Shown: positions 49,102 to 56,820 of the stretch, piece after piece
Layout: each line of letters begins with the position of its first letter
Numbering within the stretch: the stretch's first letter is position 1
Source: Gammaproteobacteria bacterium
Lineage (GTDB): Bacteria; Pseudomonadota; Gammaproteobacteria; Steroidobacterales; JBCCMA01
Reading direction: 5' to 3'
NCBI GenBank assembly: GCA_045107005.1
Contig: JBGCFP010000101.1
Span: 1,374-65,373 of the forward strand
DNA: 64,000 bases
The notes under the pieces: model-generated
What the model saw: the letters and a program-made list of their open reading frames with translations, nothing else
What the model was told of the DNA's origin: nothing
The model's database searches: none
Translations under genes and position numbers: made by a program

Positions 49102-49330
49102 GAAATCTCGGGCTTGCCAGACGCAGTATCCGATCAATGATCACAGGCCGCACGATGCAGGCGATGATCCTGACTTCACCGCCGCCGTGTTGGCACACTT
49201 CAACGTCAATTCGGAACGCGCGCTTGAGGCGTTCGGCCCAGGTCAGATTGTTACGATTGCCGGGCTTTAGCGTGAATGCCTCCGCGGACGAGCCGCGCGA
49301 GACCTCCGATGACAAGGTGCCTGAGCGCAA
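49102..49330 (-). mobile_element. IS91-family transposase C-terminal remnant
   Basis: LTWAERLKRAFRIDVEVCQHGGGEVRIIACIVRPVIIDRILRL resembles the conserved C-terminal tail of IS91/IS801 transposases. The fragment abuts the IS3 end. Confidence 0.5.
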
Positions 49331-49518
49331 GCCCGAGGCAGCGGTCAGCTGCCCCGCGTGCGGCGGTGGTCACTCCGCTGTCGCGCACGAGGGTATAACC
49401 AGCTACGCCACGATAATGGGGCCCGCCAATGAGCGGGCGGCGGCGCCTGCGTTAGTCACGGTCTGATCGAATGAGTTCGAAGCATCGCTCACGCCTGCCA
49501 ACATCACGAGACGGGACG

Positions 49519-50448
49519 TCAATCACACGCGTTCGTCAACGCACTTGGGCCGGGCGACTGAAAGAAGCGGCTGCGGAGTTCGCCCAAATCCGCGACATTG
49601 ACAATTCGATCGTTATTGAAGTCTGCATTGAGGTCATTCGAAAAAAACACCTTCCGTAGCAGGCCCAGGTCTGCAGCGTTCGTCACACAGTCGTTATTCA
49701 GATCGGTGTCACAGGCGTTTCCGAAACCATCACTATCGGCATCCCGTTGGCTCGTATTTGACGTGACAACGCAATTGTCCTCGCTGTCGAGGAAACCGTC
49801 GCCATCAGCATCGTTGTCCGGCGAAAATATATCCGCTTCATTGAAGAAAAAATACTGGCTGCCGGTAAAGTTGCCTGAATATTCTGTAGCCGTGGTCTGC
49901 CAGTGCGTATTGTTGAAAACCCAAGAACCGATATCGTTATTTGCTTCCCAATAGAGCAGTGATCCAAGGCCTGACAGCTCGGGCACCGAAAAATCCAGTG
50001 CAATAAGGGCCAGGATGTTATTCGAACCGGGAATAAAACCTGAAAACGCCTCGACCAGAATGCCGGAGACCAGCAACTGAGGTTCATCAATGCCTAACTC
50101 AGGAATCGTACCGCGTAGAAAAAACGCGCCGCCGATTGCTTCACCATCGTTATTCACGATGGCATTCAGCGTCGCCTGGGTCGTCACTTCGATCGACACA
50201 ACGACGCCACCAATAGACAGCCCTGTCCCATTGCAGTCACCAGTCTGAGACCACAGAAACGTAGACGCGTTGTATGAGCCGTCCGACGAGCAGCTCGACG
50301 AGCCACCTATATTACCGGTTGAAGTGCCGCGCTGAACACTTGTGAGCGGCATGAAGCCAGAGGCCCCATCTGCCATTGCCATGTTGGCGACAAGAGTAAA
50401 TACCGACACTCCAATTAGTGCGGTTAATGCGAACACGGATCTCAACAT
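49519..50448 (-). CDS. Secreted protein with a C-terminal TSP3 + dockerin-like cassette
   Basis: ATG at 50448 follows GAAGGA and gives signal peptide MLRSVFALTALIGVSVFTLVANMAMA. The cassette is at 49522-49818. I do not recognise the N-terminal domain. Confidence 0.85.
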   Translation of the reverse strand: MLRSVFALTALIGVSVFTLVANMAMADGASGFMPLTSVQRGTSTGNIGGSSSCSSDGSYNASTFLWSQTGDCNGTGLSIGGVVVSIEVTTQATLNAIVNNDGEAIGGAFFLRGTIPELGIDEPQLLVSGILVEAFSGFIPGSNNILALIALDFSVPELSGLGSLLYWEANNDIGSWVFNNTHWQTTATEYSGNFTGSQYFFFNEADIFSPDNDADGDGFLDSEDNCVVTSNTSQRDADSDGFGNACDTDLNNDCVTNAADLGLLRKVFFSNDLNADFNNDRIVNVADLGELRSRFFQSPGPSALTNACD

Positions 50449-50670
50449 TGAATGTTCCTTCAAGATTGCTTGGCAAGGTCTGAGCAGAGAACAGGACGCA
50501 TAAACACCCTACCCGAAGTAGTGCAAACAAGGGATAGATCCGAACAACGAGCGGAAGTTGCGATTCGTCGGACGGGCGTTTGGTAGGCGAGGCCAGGTGA
50601 GTGTAGTGGTCAACACGCGAAACGTTGCAAAGCTGGAGTCAGTTTAAGGCATCAAAGCAATCAGGGTGAA

Positions 50671-50970
50671 CTTTTGGTGCCGAACTTTTGGTGCCGGTCA
50701 TAACCTCATGACTATTGGTGCCGGTCACAACTTTAGAACACTTCATCCTCCGCGAATTATTCTGAAGTTGGGGCTTTGAGTGCCAGTCCAAGACAGTGCC
50801 CTAAGTTATAGTGTTATGACCGGCACCCGATCCCGTAAGTTATATTGTTATGACCGGCACCCGATCTCTTCGATCTCCTGACCGGCACCCGATCTCCTCT
50901 AAGTTATATTGTTATGACCGGCACCCGATCTCCTTGTTATGACCGGCACCCGATCTCGGCACCCGATCTC
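50671..50970. repeat. MITE-like element, family A, copy 1
   Basis: The left end has ttggtgccggtcataac (50688-50704), ttggtgccggtcacaac (50716-50732) and a partial at 50674-50685. The right end has gttatgaccggcacccgatc at 50813, 50847, 50911 and 50936, plus partials at 50878 and 50958. No ORF is present. Confidence 0.65.
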
Positions 50971-51081
50971 CCGAGTTGGGGCATCGAAATCTCTGGTCAA
51001 GAATCGATAGACTTCGAGCCGAGCGGTAAAAGCGGCCGGCCGTGACGGGCGCGGTGCTTTTACCGCCTTGTTGTGAGCGGT

Positions 51082-52086
51082 CTACGGCGCTGCAGAACAA
51101 CCGTTGGGTTGGCCGCTCGGTCCTGGCGGTTGCAAGAAGCGCGTGCGCAGGATACCAAGATCAGCCACATTGACCGATCCGTCACTGTTAAAGTCGGCAG
51201 CCGGGTCGGCGCTGAAAAACACGCTGCGGAAGAGCCCCAGGTCCACCACGTTGGTCACGCAGTCATTGTTCAGGTCGGTATCGCACAAGTTGCCGATGCC
51301 GTCGGCGTCGCCGTCAATCTGGTCAGCATTGGCGACCAGCGTGCAGTTGTCACTAACGTCCGCCACACCGTCATTGTCGGTATCCACGTCGCCGGTCAGG
51401 CCGTAGCGCAGCATGCCGTCAGCGGATAACGTCCACGCGCGCTCGAAGTCCCGCTCGGAGAACTCGCCACCGGAGAACTGATCAAACTCGCGCGCGTAAA
51501 ACGCCAGGGTTTCGCCAACGGTTGCACCGGTCGAAAAGAGTACGACCGAGCCCAGCGATTCGTTAAATGTAGCCGGATTGGTGTAAAACCCGTTGCTGGC
51601 GGGCAGCTCGATCGTGCTCGACAGATTTTCCGCCGGATCCGTGGTGCCAGCCGCCATGTCGTGCGCGGCGGTGAACATCGAAACGGCTGAGTGAATCGCC
51701 TGCAGACTCGTCAGCGGGTCGGTGGGAAAATCAATCGTCGGGCTATTGCTCGTCGTGAACACCGTCAAGAAGCCGCCAAACGAAAAGTTCTCCACGCCGA
51801 CAACCGAGTAGCGCAGATCGCCGGCAGCACTGTCGCCGAACGTGTTGAGGTACAGATCGTCCGGTGAAAATTCGAAGTCGAAATTGCTGAACTGGAAAGC
51901 ATTGAGCGTAATACCGAGATCTCTTGTGTAGGTGATGCCGCGCGACGAATCGTGCACGGTCAGGAACATCTCCGCTGCCGGATCGTCAATGTCCCCCTCG
52001 GTAACGATGGCCGCGGAGGCGCCAGCCGACAGGGCGAGGGTGGTGAGCAGGGTACCGGTCTGCAGCAGGGCTTTGGTTTTTTTCAT
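51082..52086 (-). CDS. Secreted protein with a C-terminal TSP3 + dockerin-like cassette
   Basis: 334 aa with signal peptide MKKTKALLQTGTLLTTLALSAGASAA. The cassette is at 51085-51390. I do not recognise the N-terminal domain. Confidence 0.85.
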   Translation of the reverse strand: MKKTKALLQTGTLLTTLALSAGASAAIVTEGDIDDPAAEMFLTVHDSSRGITYTRDLGITLNAFQFSNFDFEFSPDDLYLNTFGDSAAGDLRYSVVGVENFSFGGFLTVFTTSNSPTIDFPTDPLTSLQAIHSAVSMFTAAHDMAAGTTDPAENLSSTIELPASNGFYTNPATFNESLGSVVLFSTGATVGETLAFYAREFDQFSGGEFSERDFERAWTLSADGMLRYGLTGDVDTDNDGVADVSDNCTLVANADQIDGDADGIGNLCDTDLNNDCVTNVVDLGLFRSVFFSADPAADFNSDGSVNVADLGILRTRFLQPPGPSGQPNGCSAAP

Positions 52087-52825
52087 GATGTTTGTACTCA
52101 GTCTTGCTTGTGTCTACCAGGAAAATGCATTGAGTGGGCTCCAAAAGTCGCGCGAATATAGCGGCTCGATTTAGCCATCGCAACAGGCGATTTACATAAG
52201 CACTTTAGCGGTAACTCAAGATCAACCGCGGTGAACGGAAACCGAAATCCGGCGGTGCCATTCGATCTGTGCAAAGTGTTAGCGAGTCGCTACGAGCCCG
52301 TGCTCTGTTGCGACCAAATATACGCCGCAGCAACGTCCCTGAACCAGTGTTGACTCGTGATCGATTTGTGATTCGCGAAGCGTTGGGCAGCTGAAGGCTT
52401 ATACAGGACGGCACGCGCGTTGTGCCTGGCGTTCGTCGGGAGCTTGGGCCAGCAACTCAATGCCGGGCCCTTTGCCGCTTCTTGGTCATCAACTGGCGAC
52501 AATTTTCTGGCGTGCGCGTCGGCGTAGCGAAAACTCGGGGCGAAAAAAAGCAGGCTTGACGCCAGTGCTTGAACCATTTTCAACATGTAGCCGGGTGCCG
52601 GTCATAACTTTATCACTTATTTCTTGTCATTTGGCGCGCCGCCGTTTCTGGCGATTGCGGATTGAACGGGGACAAAAAAAGCGGGTTCCTTCCCCTGTGC
52701 CCAAACAAGTTATCAGATGCCGAACGGGTTGGAATGCCCCCGTTCTTTGGCCGCTTAGCTTGTTAGGCTTTCAGTTTTTTACGTAGTCCAAAATACGCGA
52801 TCTCTGGCGTGATGTAGTCTTGGAC

Positions 52826-53078
52826 ACGTGGTGCCGGACACGTGGTGCCGGTCATAACTTCATAACACTTCATCCACTGCCAGTGATTCTGATTTTGAGG
52901 CTTTGGATGCCGTTTCAGGACCGTGTCCTAAGTTATATTGTTATGACCGGCACCCGATTTGTTGCATGCCGTTCCAGGACCGTGTCCTAAGTTATATTGT
53001 TATGACCGGCACCCGATTTGTTGTTATGACCGGCACCCGATTTGGGCACCCGATTTGTTATGACCGACACCCGATTTG
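52826..53078. repeat. MITE-like element, family A, copy 2 (same orientation as copy 1)
   Basis: The left end has gtggtgccggaca (52829-52840) and gtggtgccggtcataac (52843-52858). The right end has gttatgaccggcacccgattt at 52940, 53000, 53023 and 53057, plus a partial at 53044. It includes a ~60-bp unit duplicated in tandem (52909-52968 and 52969-53019). A solo left-end motif lies at 52593-52610. Confidence 0.65.
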
Positions 53079-53085
53079 TGGCTAT

Positions 53086-53367
53086 TTGGGCGACGGACTG
53101 GACCTGAGTTCGCACACCGCGATGGTTGACGTCGTCGCACAAGCCGGGCTGGACGCCAACAAGGCCATAGAAATTCTGGAAGGCACCGCGTTTGCCGAAA
53201 GCGTACGTGGCGATGAGCAGCAGGCGCAGCAATACGGCATCACAGGCGTTCCCTTTTTTCTGATTGGGCGTTATGGCGTATCGGGCGCGCAAGAGGCAAC
53301 GACGCTGGCGGATGCCATTCGGCAGGTTGGCGCTGACGGACCGCCGCCAGCCGAACCGCCCGCATAG
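53086..53367 (+). pseudogene. 3' remnant of a DsbA/FrnE-family thiol oxidoreductase gene
   Basis: ...AQAGLDANKAIEILEGTAFAESVRGDEQQAQQYGITGVPFFLIGRYGVSGAQEATTLADAIRQV matches the C-terminal third of DsbA-like (FrnE/HCCA isomerase type) proteins. The CxxC-bearing N-terminus is absent, and homology begins exactly at the end of repeat copy 2. Confidence 0.6.
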
Positions 53368-53485
53368 ATCCAATCTAGCCACTACGATGGCACTTGTTCG
53401 TGTGTTTTACTCTATCGTTACAAACACAGTCGGTTAGCTCGGCTGTATCCTGTTGCAGTCTGTCCCACATTAATCAGGAGCGAAA

Positions 53486-56068
53486 ATGACGATCACAAGG
53501 CACACAAAAATAGCGTGCGCGGCAGTGCTGGTCATGGTCGCAATCGCGTGGTATCTGCAACCTCAAAACAGTGCGCCCGCACCGGCGTATGCCGGGCCCG
53601 ATCTGGCGCCCGGCGATTGGGTGCTCGCGCGTCGGTTTGCAGGCAGTGAACTGAGCCAGGCACGTCTGCGTACGATTGACAGCGACTATTTGGCCTTGCG
53701 CGCCACCACGGCCCAGCGCGCGCCGCGCGCGGCCGCTTCTGCGTGGTCGTTTCTCGGACCCGTGAACATCGGTGGCCGCGTTCTCGACATTGCCGTCGAT
53801 CCGCAACTGCCCGATACCCTTTTCATCGCCAGCGCCAGCGGCGGGGTTTGGAAAAGCACCGACGCCGGCGACACATTTGACTCCGCGTGGCCCGCTGCGA
53901 ATGCGCAGGCCATTGGCGCGCTGGCGATCACCAGCGGCGGGCTGCTCTACGCCGGTACCGGGGAATCGGGGCCCGGCGGCGGCAGCCCCACGTTTGGCAA
54001 TCAGGGCGTCTTTCGATCGGCGGATCGTGGCGCCAGCTGGACCAACATTGGCTTGACCTTAAGCGACCGGATCAGTCGCGTTGTAATTGATCCCAACAAC
54101 GAACAACGACTTTTTGTGGCGGCGACCGGTCCGGTCTACGCCCCGGGTGGCGAACGCGGCGTGTTTCGCAGCGTTGACGGTGGCGACAGTTGGCAACTGG
54201 TGCTGCCCGGTGCCAACGCCACAACCGGGGCATCCGACGTTTACATCGATCCTGTGAACCCGGATCGCGTATACGCGGTGCTGTGGGATCATTTGCGTCA
54301 ACCGTCGCTGCGCCGCTACGGCGGCGTTGGCTCGGGCCTGTTCCGTAGCCTCGACGGCGGCGATACGTGGACGCGACTGGCGAGTGGATTGCCTGGCGCC
54401 GCGCCAGACGTGGGTCGTATTGCACTGGGTGTCGCTCCAACGAATCCCGACAGGCTGTACGCCACCTACTCGGACGATCTGGGCTTCTTCACCACTTTCT
54501 ATGTGTCCGTTAATGGCGGCGACACCTGGGTCGCGAGGCCGTTCAGCCAGGACCTCGCCGATTCACAGGGCCGCGGTGCGTACTGGTACGCAAGGCTATG
54601 GATTGACCCGATGGACGAGACACGTGTATTCAGTGCGGGCGTCCCGTTGCTGCGATCAAGCGATGCGGGAATGAACTGGACAGTCGATTTCAGCGTCCAT
54701 GTCGATCATCACGCGATGGCGTGGGACAGCAAAACCCCAGGCCGGGTTTATCTTGGCAACGACGGTGGCGTGTATCGCTCTGAAAACAACGGCACAGATG
54801 GCTGGGTGTTTGGCAGCGTGCAGCCTTTCACGCAGTTCTACGCCATGGACGTGAGCGAGAGCAATCCGCAGCGCGTGCTGGGCGGCACTCAGGACAATCG
54901 CTGCGTGCGTTCCTACTCGCAGAGCAATCCCGATGACTGGAACCAATGGGGGTTTTGCGGCGATGGCCTGGAGCAGCTCGTCAATCCGTTGGATGACAAC
55001 GTGATTTACGGTTGCAGTCAGTACGGCAATTGCTTGCGCTCGATCAACGGGGGCGAGACCGTGTTTCAGCTCGGTTCGACAGCGCAGCTAAGACGCAATT
55101 GGCAGACGCCATTGGCCTTCGATCCCAGCGATCCAAGTGTAATGTACTACGCCGGGGAGCGGGTCAATCGGTCGGTGGATGGCGGCGGCAGCTGGGCAAC
55201 CATTAGCTCGGACCTGACCGGCGGCGATCCGTTTCCGACACCGATTGACTACTATCCGTTCGGCACCATCACCACGCTGGCAGCCGCAAAGAGCGATCCG
55301 AATACCATCTATGTCGGCACCGACGACTCGCGCCTATGGGTGACGCAGGACCTGGGCCAAAGCTGGACGCAATCCACCGGTAGCAACCTGCCGCAGCGCT
55401 GGGTCACCAAAGTGCTGGTCGACCCTGTCGATGCCAGCGTGGCCTACGCCGCGTATTCGGGTTTTCGCAACGGTGACGACACGCCGTACATCTTTAAGAC
55501 CATCGACGCCGGCTTTACCTGGACTGACATCACCGGCGATTTGCCCGGCGCGCCGATCAATTCACTTGCACTCACCCAGTCGGGCACGCTGATTGCTGGC
55601 AGTGATATTGGCGTGTTCGCGACCATCGATGGCGGCACCAGCTGGAACGTCGTCGGGCAAGACTTGCCACAGGTACCGGTGTTCGACCTGCGCATGCACG
55701 AGCCCTCTGCGACCTTGTTCGCTGCTACTTTCGGCCGCGGCATTTGGAGCGTGCCACTCGTCGCAGAAGACAGCGACGCCGACGGTGTGACGAACGCCAT
55801 CGACAACTGCAGCGAGTTCGCCAATCCCGCACAGGTCGATAGCGACGGCGACAACTACGGCAATGGTTGCGACGCAGATTTCAACAACGACTGCCAGGTA
55901 AATATTATTGATCTTGGCGAGTTTCGCCAAGGGTTCTTCGGCCCGGATCTGGAATTCGACCTGACCGGCGACGGGGCGGTAAACGCTGCTGATCTGGGAC
56001 GTCTGCGGTTACTTTTTTTCCAACCCGTCGGTCCAAGCGGACTGAGCAAAGCGTGTGTTCCTGACTAG
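53486..56068 (+). CDS. Secreted BNR/Asp-box beta-propeller (sortilin-Vps10-like) protein with a C-terminal TSP3 + dockerin-like cassette
   Basis: 860 aa with an N-terminal signal/anchor after AGGAG. At least nine Asp-boxes are present (SADRGASW, SVDGGDSW, SLDGGDTW, SVNGGDTW, SSDAGMNW, SVDGGGSW, TQDLGQSW, TIDAGFTW, TIDGGTSW). The cassette is at 55766-56065. Confidence 0.9.
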   Translation: MTITRHTKIACAAVLVMVAIAWYLQPQNSAPAPAYAGPDLAPGDWVLARRFAGSELSQARLRTIDSDYLALRATTAQRAPRAAASAWSFLGPVNIGGRVLDIAVDPQLPDTLFIASASGGVWKSTDAGDTFDSAWPAANAQAIGALAITSGGLLYAGTGESGPGGGSPTFGNQGVFRSADRGASWTNIGLTLSDRISRVVIDPNNEQRLFVAATGPVYAPGGERGVFRSVDGGDSWQLVLPGANATTGASDVYIDPVNPDRVYAVLWDHLRQPSLRRYGGVGSGLFRSLDGGDTWTRLASGLPGAAPDVGRIALGVAPTNPDRLYATYSDDLGFFTTFYVSVNGGDTWVARPFSQDLADSQGRGAYWYARLWIDPMDETRVFSAGVPLLRSSDAGMNWTVDFSVHVDHHAMAWDSKTPGRVYLGNDGGVYRSENNGTDGWVFGSVQPFTQFYAMDVSESNPQRVLGGTQDNRCVRSYSQSNPDDWNQWGFCGDGLEQLVNPLDDNVIYGCSQYGNCLRSINGGETVFQLGSTAQLRRNWQTPLAFDPSDPSVMYYAGERVNRSVDGGGSWATISSDLTGGDPFPTPIDYYPFGTITTLAAAKSDPNTIYVGTDDSRLWVTQDLGQSWTQSTGSNLPQRWVTKVLVDPVDASVAYAAYSGFRNGDDTPYIFKTIDAGFTWTDITGDLPGAPINSLALTQSGTLIAGSDIGVFATIDGGTSWNVVGQDLPQVPVFDLRMHEPSATLFAATFGRGIWSVPLVAEDSDADGVTNAIDNCSEFANPAQVDSDGDNYGNGCDADFNNDCQVNIIDLGEFRQGFFGPDLEFDLTGDGAVNAADLGRLRLLFFQPVGPSGLSKACVPD

Positions 56069-56386
56069 ATCGGCCTCTGCAAGGGCGCTGTCTCGCGTAG
56101 AGAGCCTCACCGTGAAGGTGGCCGACGCAAAGAACAACATTCTTGCTGATATTGCCTTCAACACTTAAACAGGTTGCAGGCGACCGTTACTACGGGCGAG
56201 ATGAAGGCACCAAAAAATGTGGCCGATATGCGCCATCCTATGCGGCCCCCAAACCAACCAGGAAGCACGAAGACCGACCCGAACAGGAATAGCGCCTGCT
56301 GGCCGCGATCCTCGATGGGCGGATGCATCCCCATGGGCAGTGCCATGACCGTGATCGAGCCGTAAACGCCCCCGAAGACGGTGTCG

Positions 56387-56602
56387 TCAATTTGGCGTGT
56401 CGCTGCTGCCATCTGGCCATTTCGCGTCATAGTGCGACCCATCGCAAAAAGGCTTGTTGTTCGACAACCCACAGCGGCAGAGCGAATACTTGGCGCGGGA
56501 TGCGCCCTCACCGTTGAACTCCGCATTGAGGGTGACGTTGGTGACGTGGAAGGGCCCGTCCTTTTCAACCTCGATGCCCAGAAAATAGGAAGCATAAACG
56601 TC
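56387..56602 (-). CDS. CDGSH iron-sulfur domain protein (no canonical start codon in frame)
   Basis: A 71-codon open frame reads ...GIEVEKDGPFHVTNVTLNAEFNGEGASRAKYSLCRCGLSNNKPFCDGSHYDAKW..., with a complete C-x-C-x2-S-x3-P-x-C-D-G-S-H signature. It is hidden in an alternative frame of the 202-aa ORF 56158..56766. The nearest ATG is out of frame. Confidence 0.5.
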   Translation of the reverse strand, partial: DVYASYFLGIEVEKDGPFHVTNVTLNAEFNGEGASRAKYSLCRCGLSNNKPFCDGSHYDAKWPDGSSDTPN

Positions 56603-56820
56603 CTACACGAAGTATCGCAAACGATCGCTTGATCTGAACAAAGAGTGGAAGTTGCGATTCGGATTTCTGGCGCACCGAGGTTTAGCTCGGGATCAAACGA
56701 CGCATGGCCGATCCAGCCGCCGACTAGCCCACCAACAATGACGCTAATCAACCCTGCCGCTTCCATAGTCTTTCCTCGACGTGTAATTCGTTGGCAATGA
56801 ACAGTGAAAGACAGCGCGTG

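Noticed and set aside
52087-52825. Small ORFs (52205..52414, 52290..52586, 52460..52786) in the ~740-bp gap between the cassette gene and repeat copy 2.
   Set aside because: They have no motifs, they overlap one another in different frames, and their composition is unlike neighbouring genes. The gap is treated as non-coding or decayed DNA. A small hairpin (gaacggg...cccgttc, about 52722-52750) was seen but is too weak to call.
50813-53077. Arrays of a ~20-bp repeat (gttatgaccggcacccgat) that look superficially like a CRISPR array.
   Set aside because: The spacing between copies is irregular and very short, ranging from overlap to ~45 bp. Copies are partly truncated, inverted copies occur at the other end of each block, and no cas genes or leader are present. 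The arrays fit transposon-end or MITE subterminal repeats better.
52903-53367. 154-aa ORF taken at face value as a gene.
   Set aside because: Its first ~60 codons are simply a translation of the repeat element (repeated VMTGTRF / YDRHPIC). Only the last ~93 codons show DsbA/FrnE-like homology, so it is annotated as a gene remnant.
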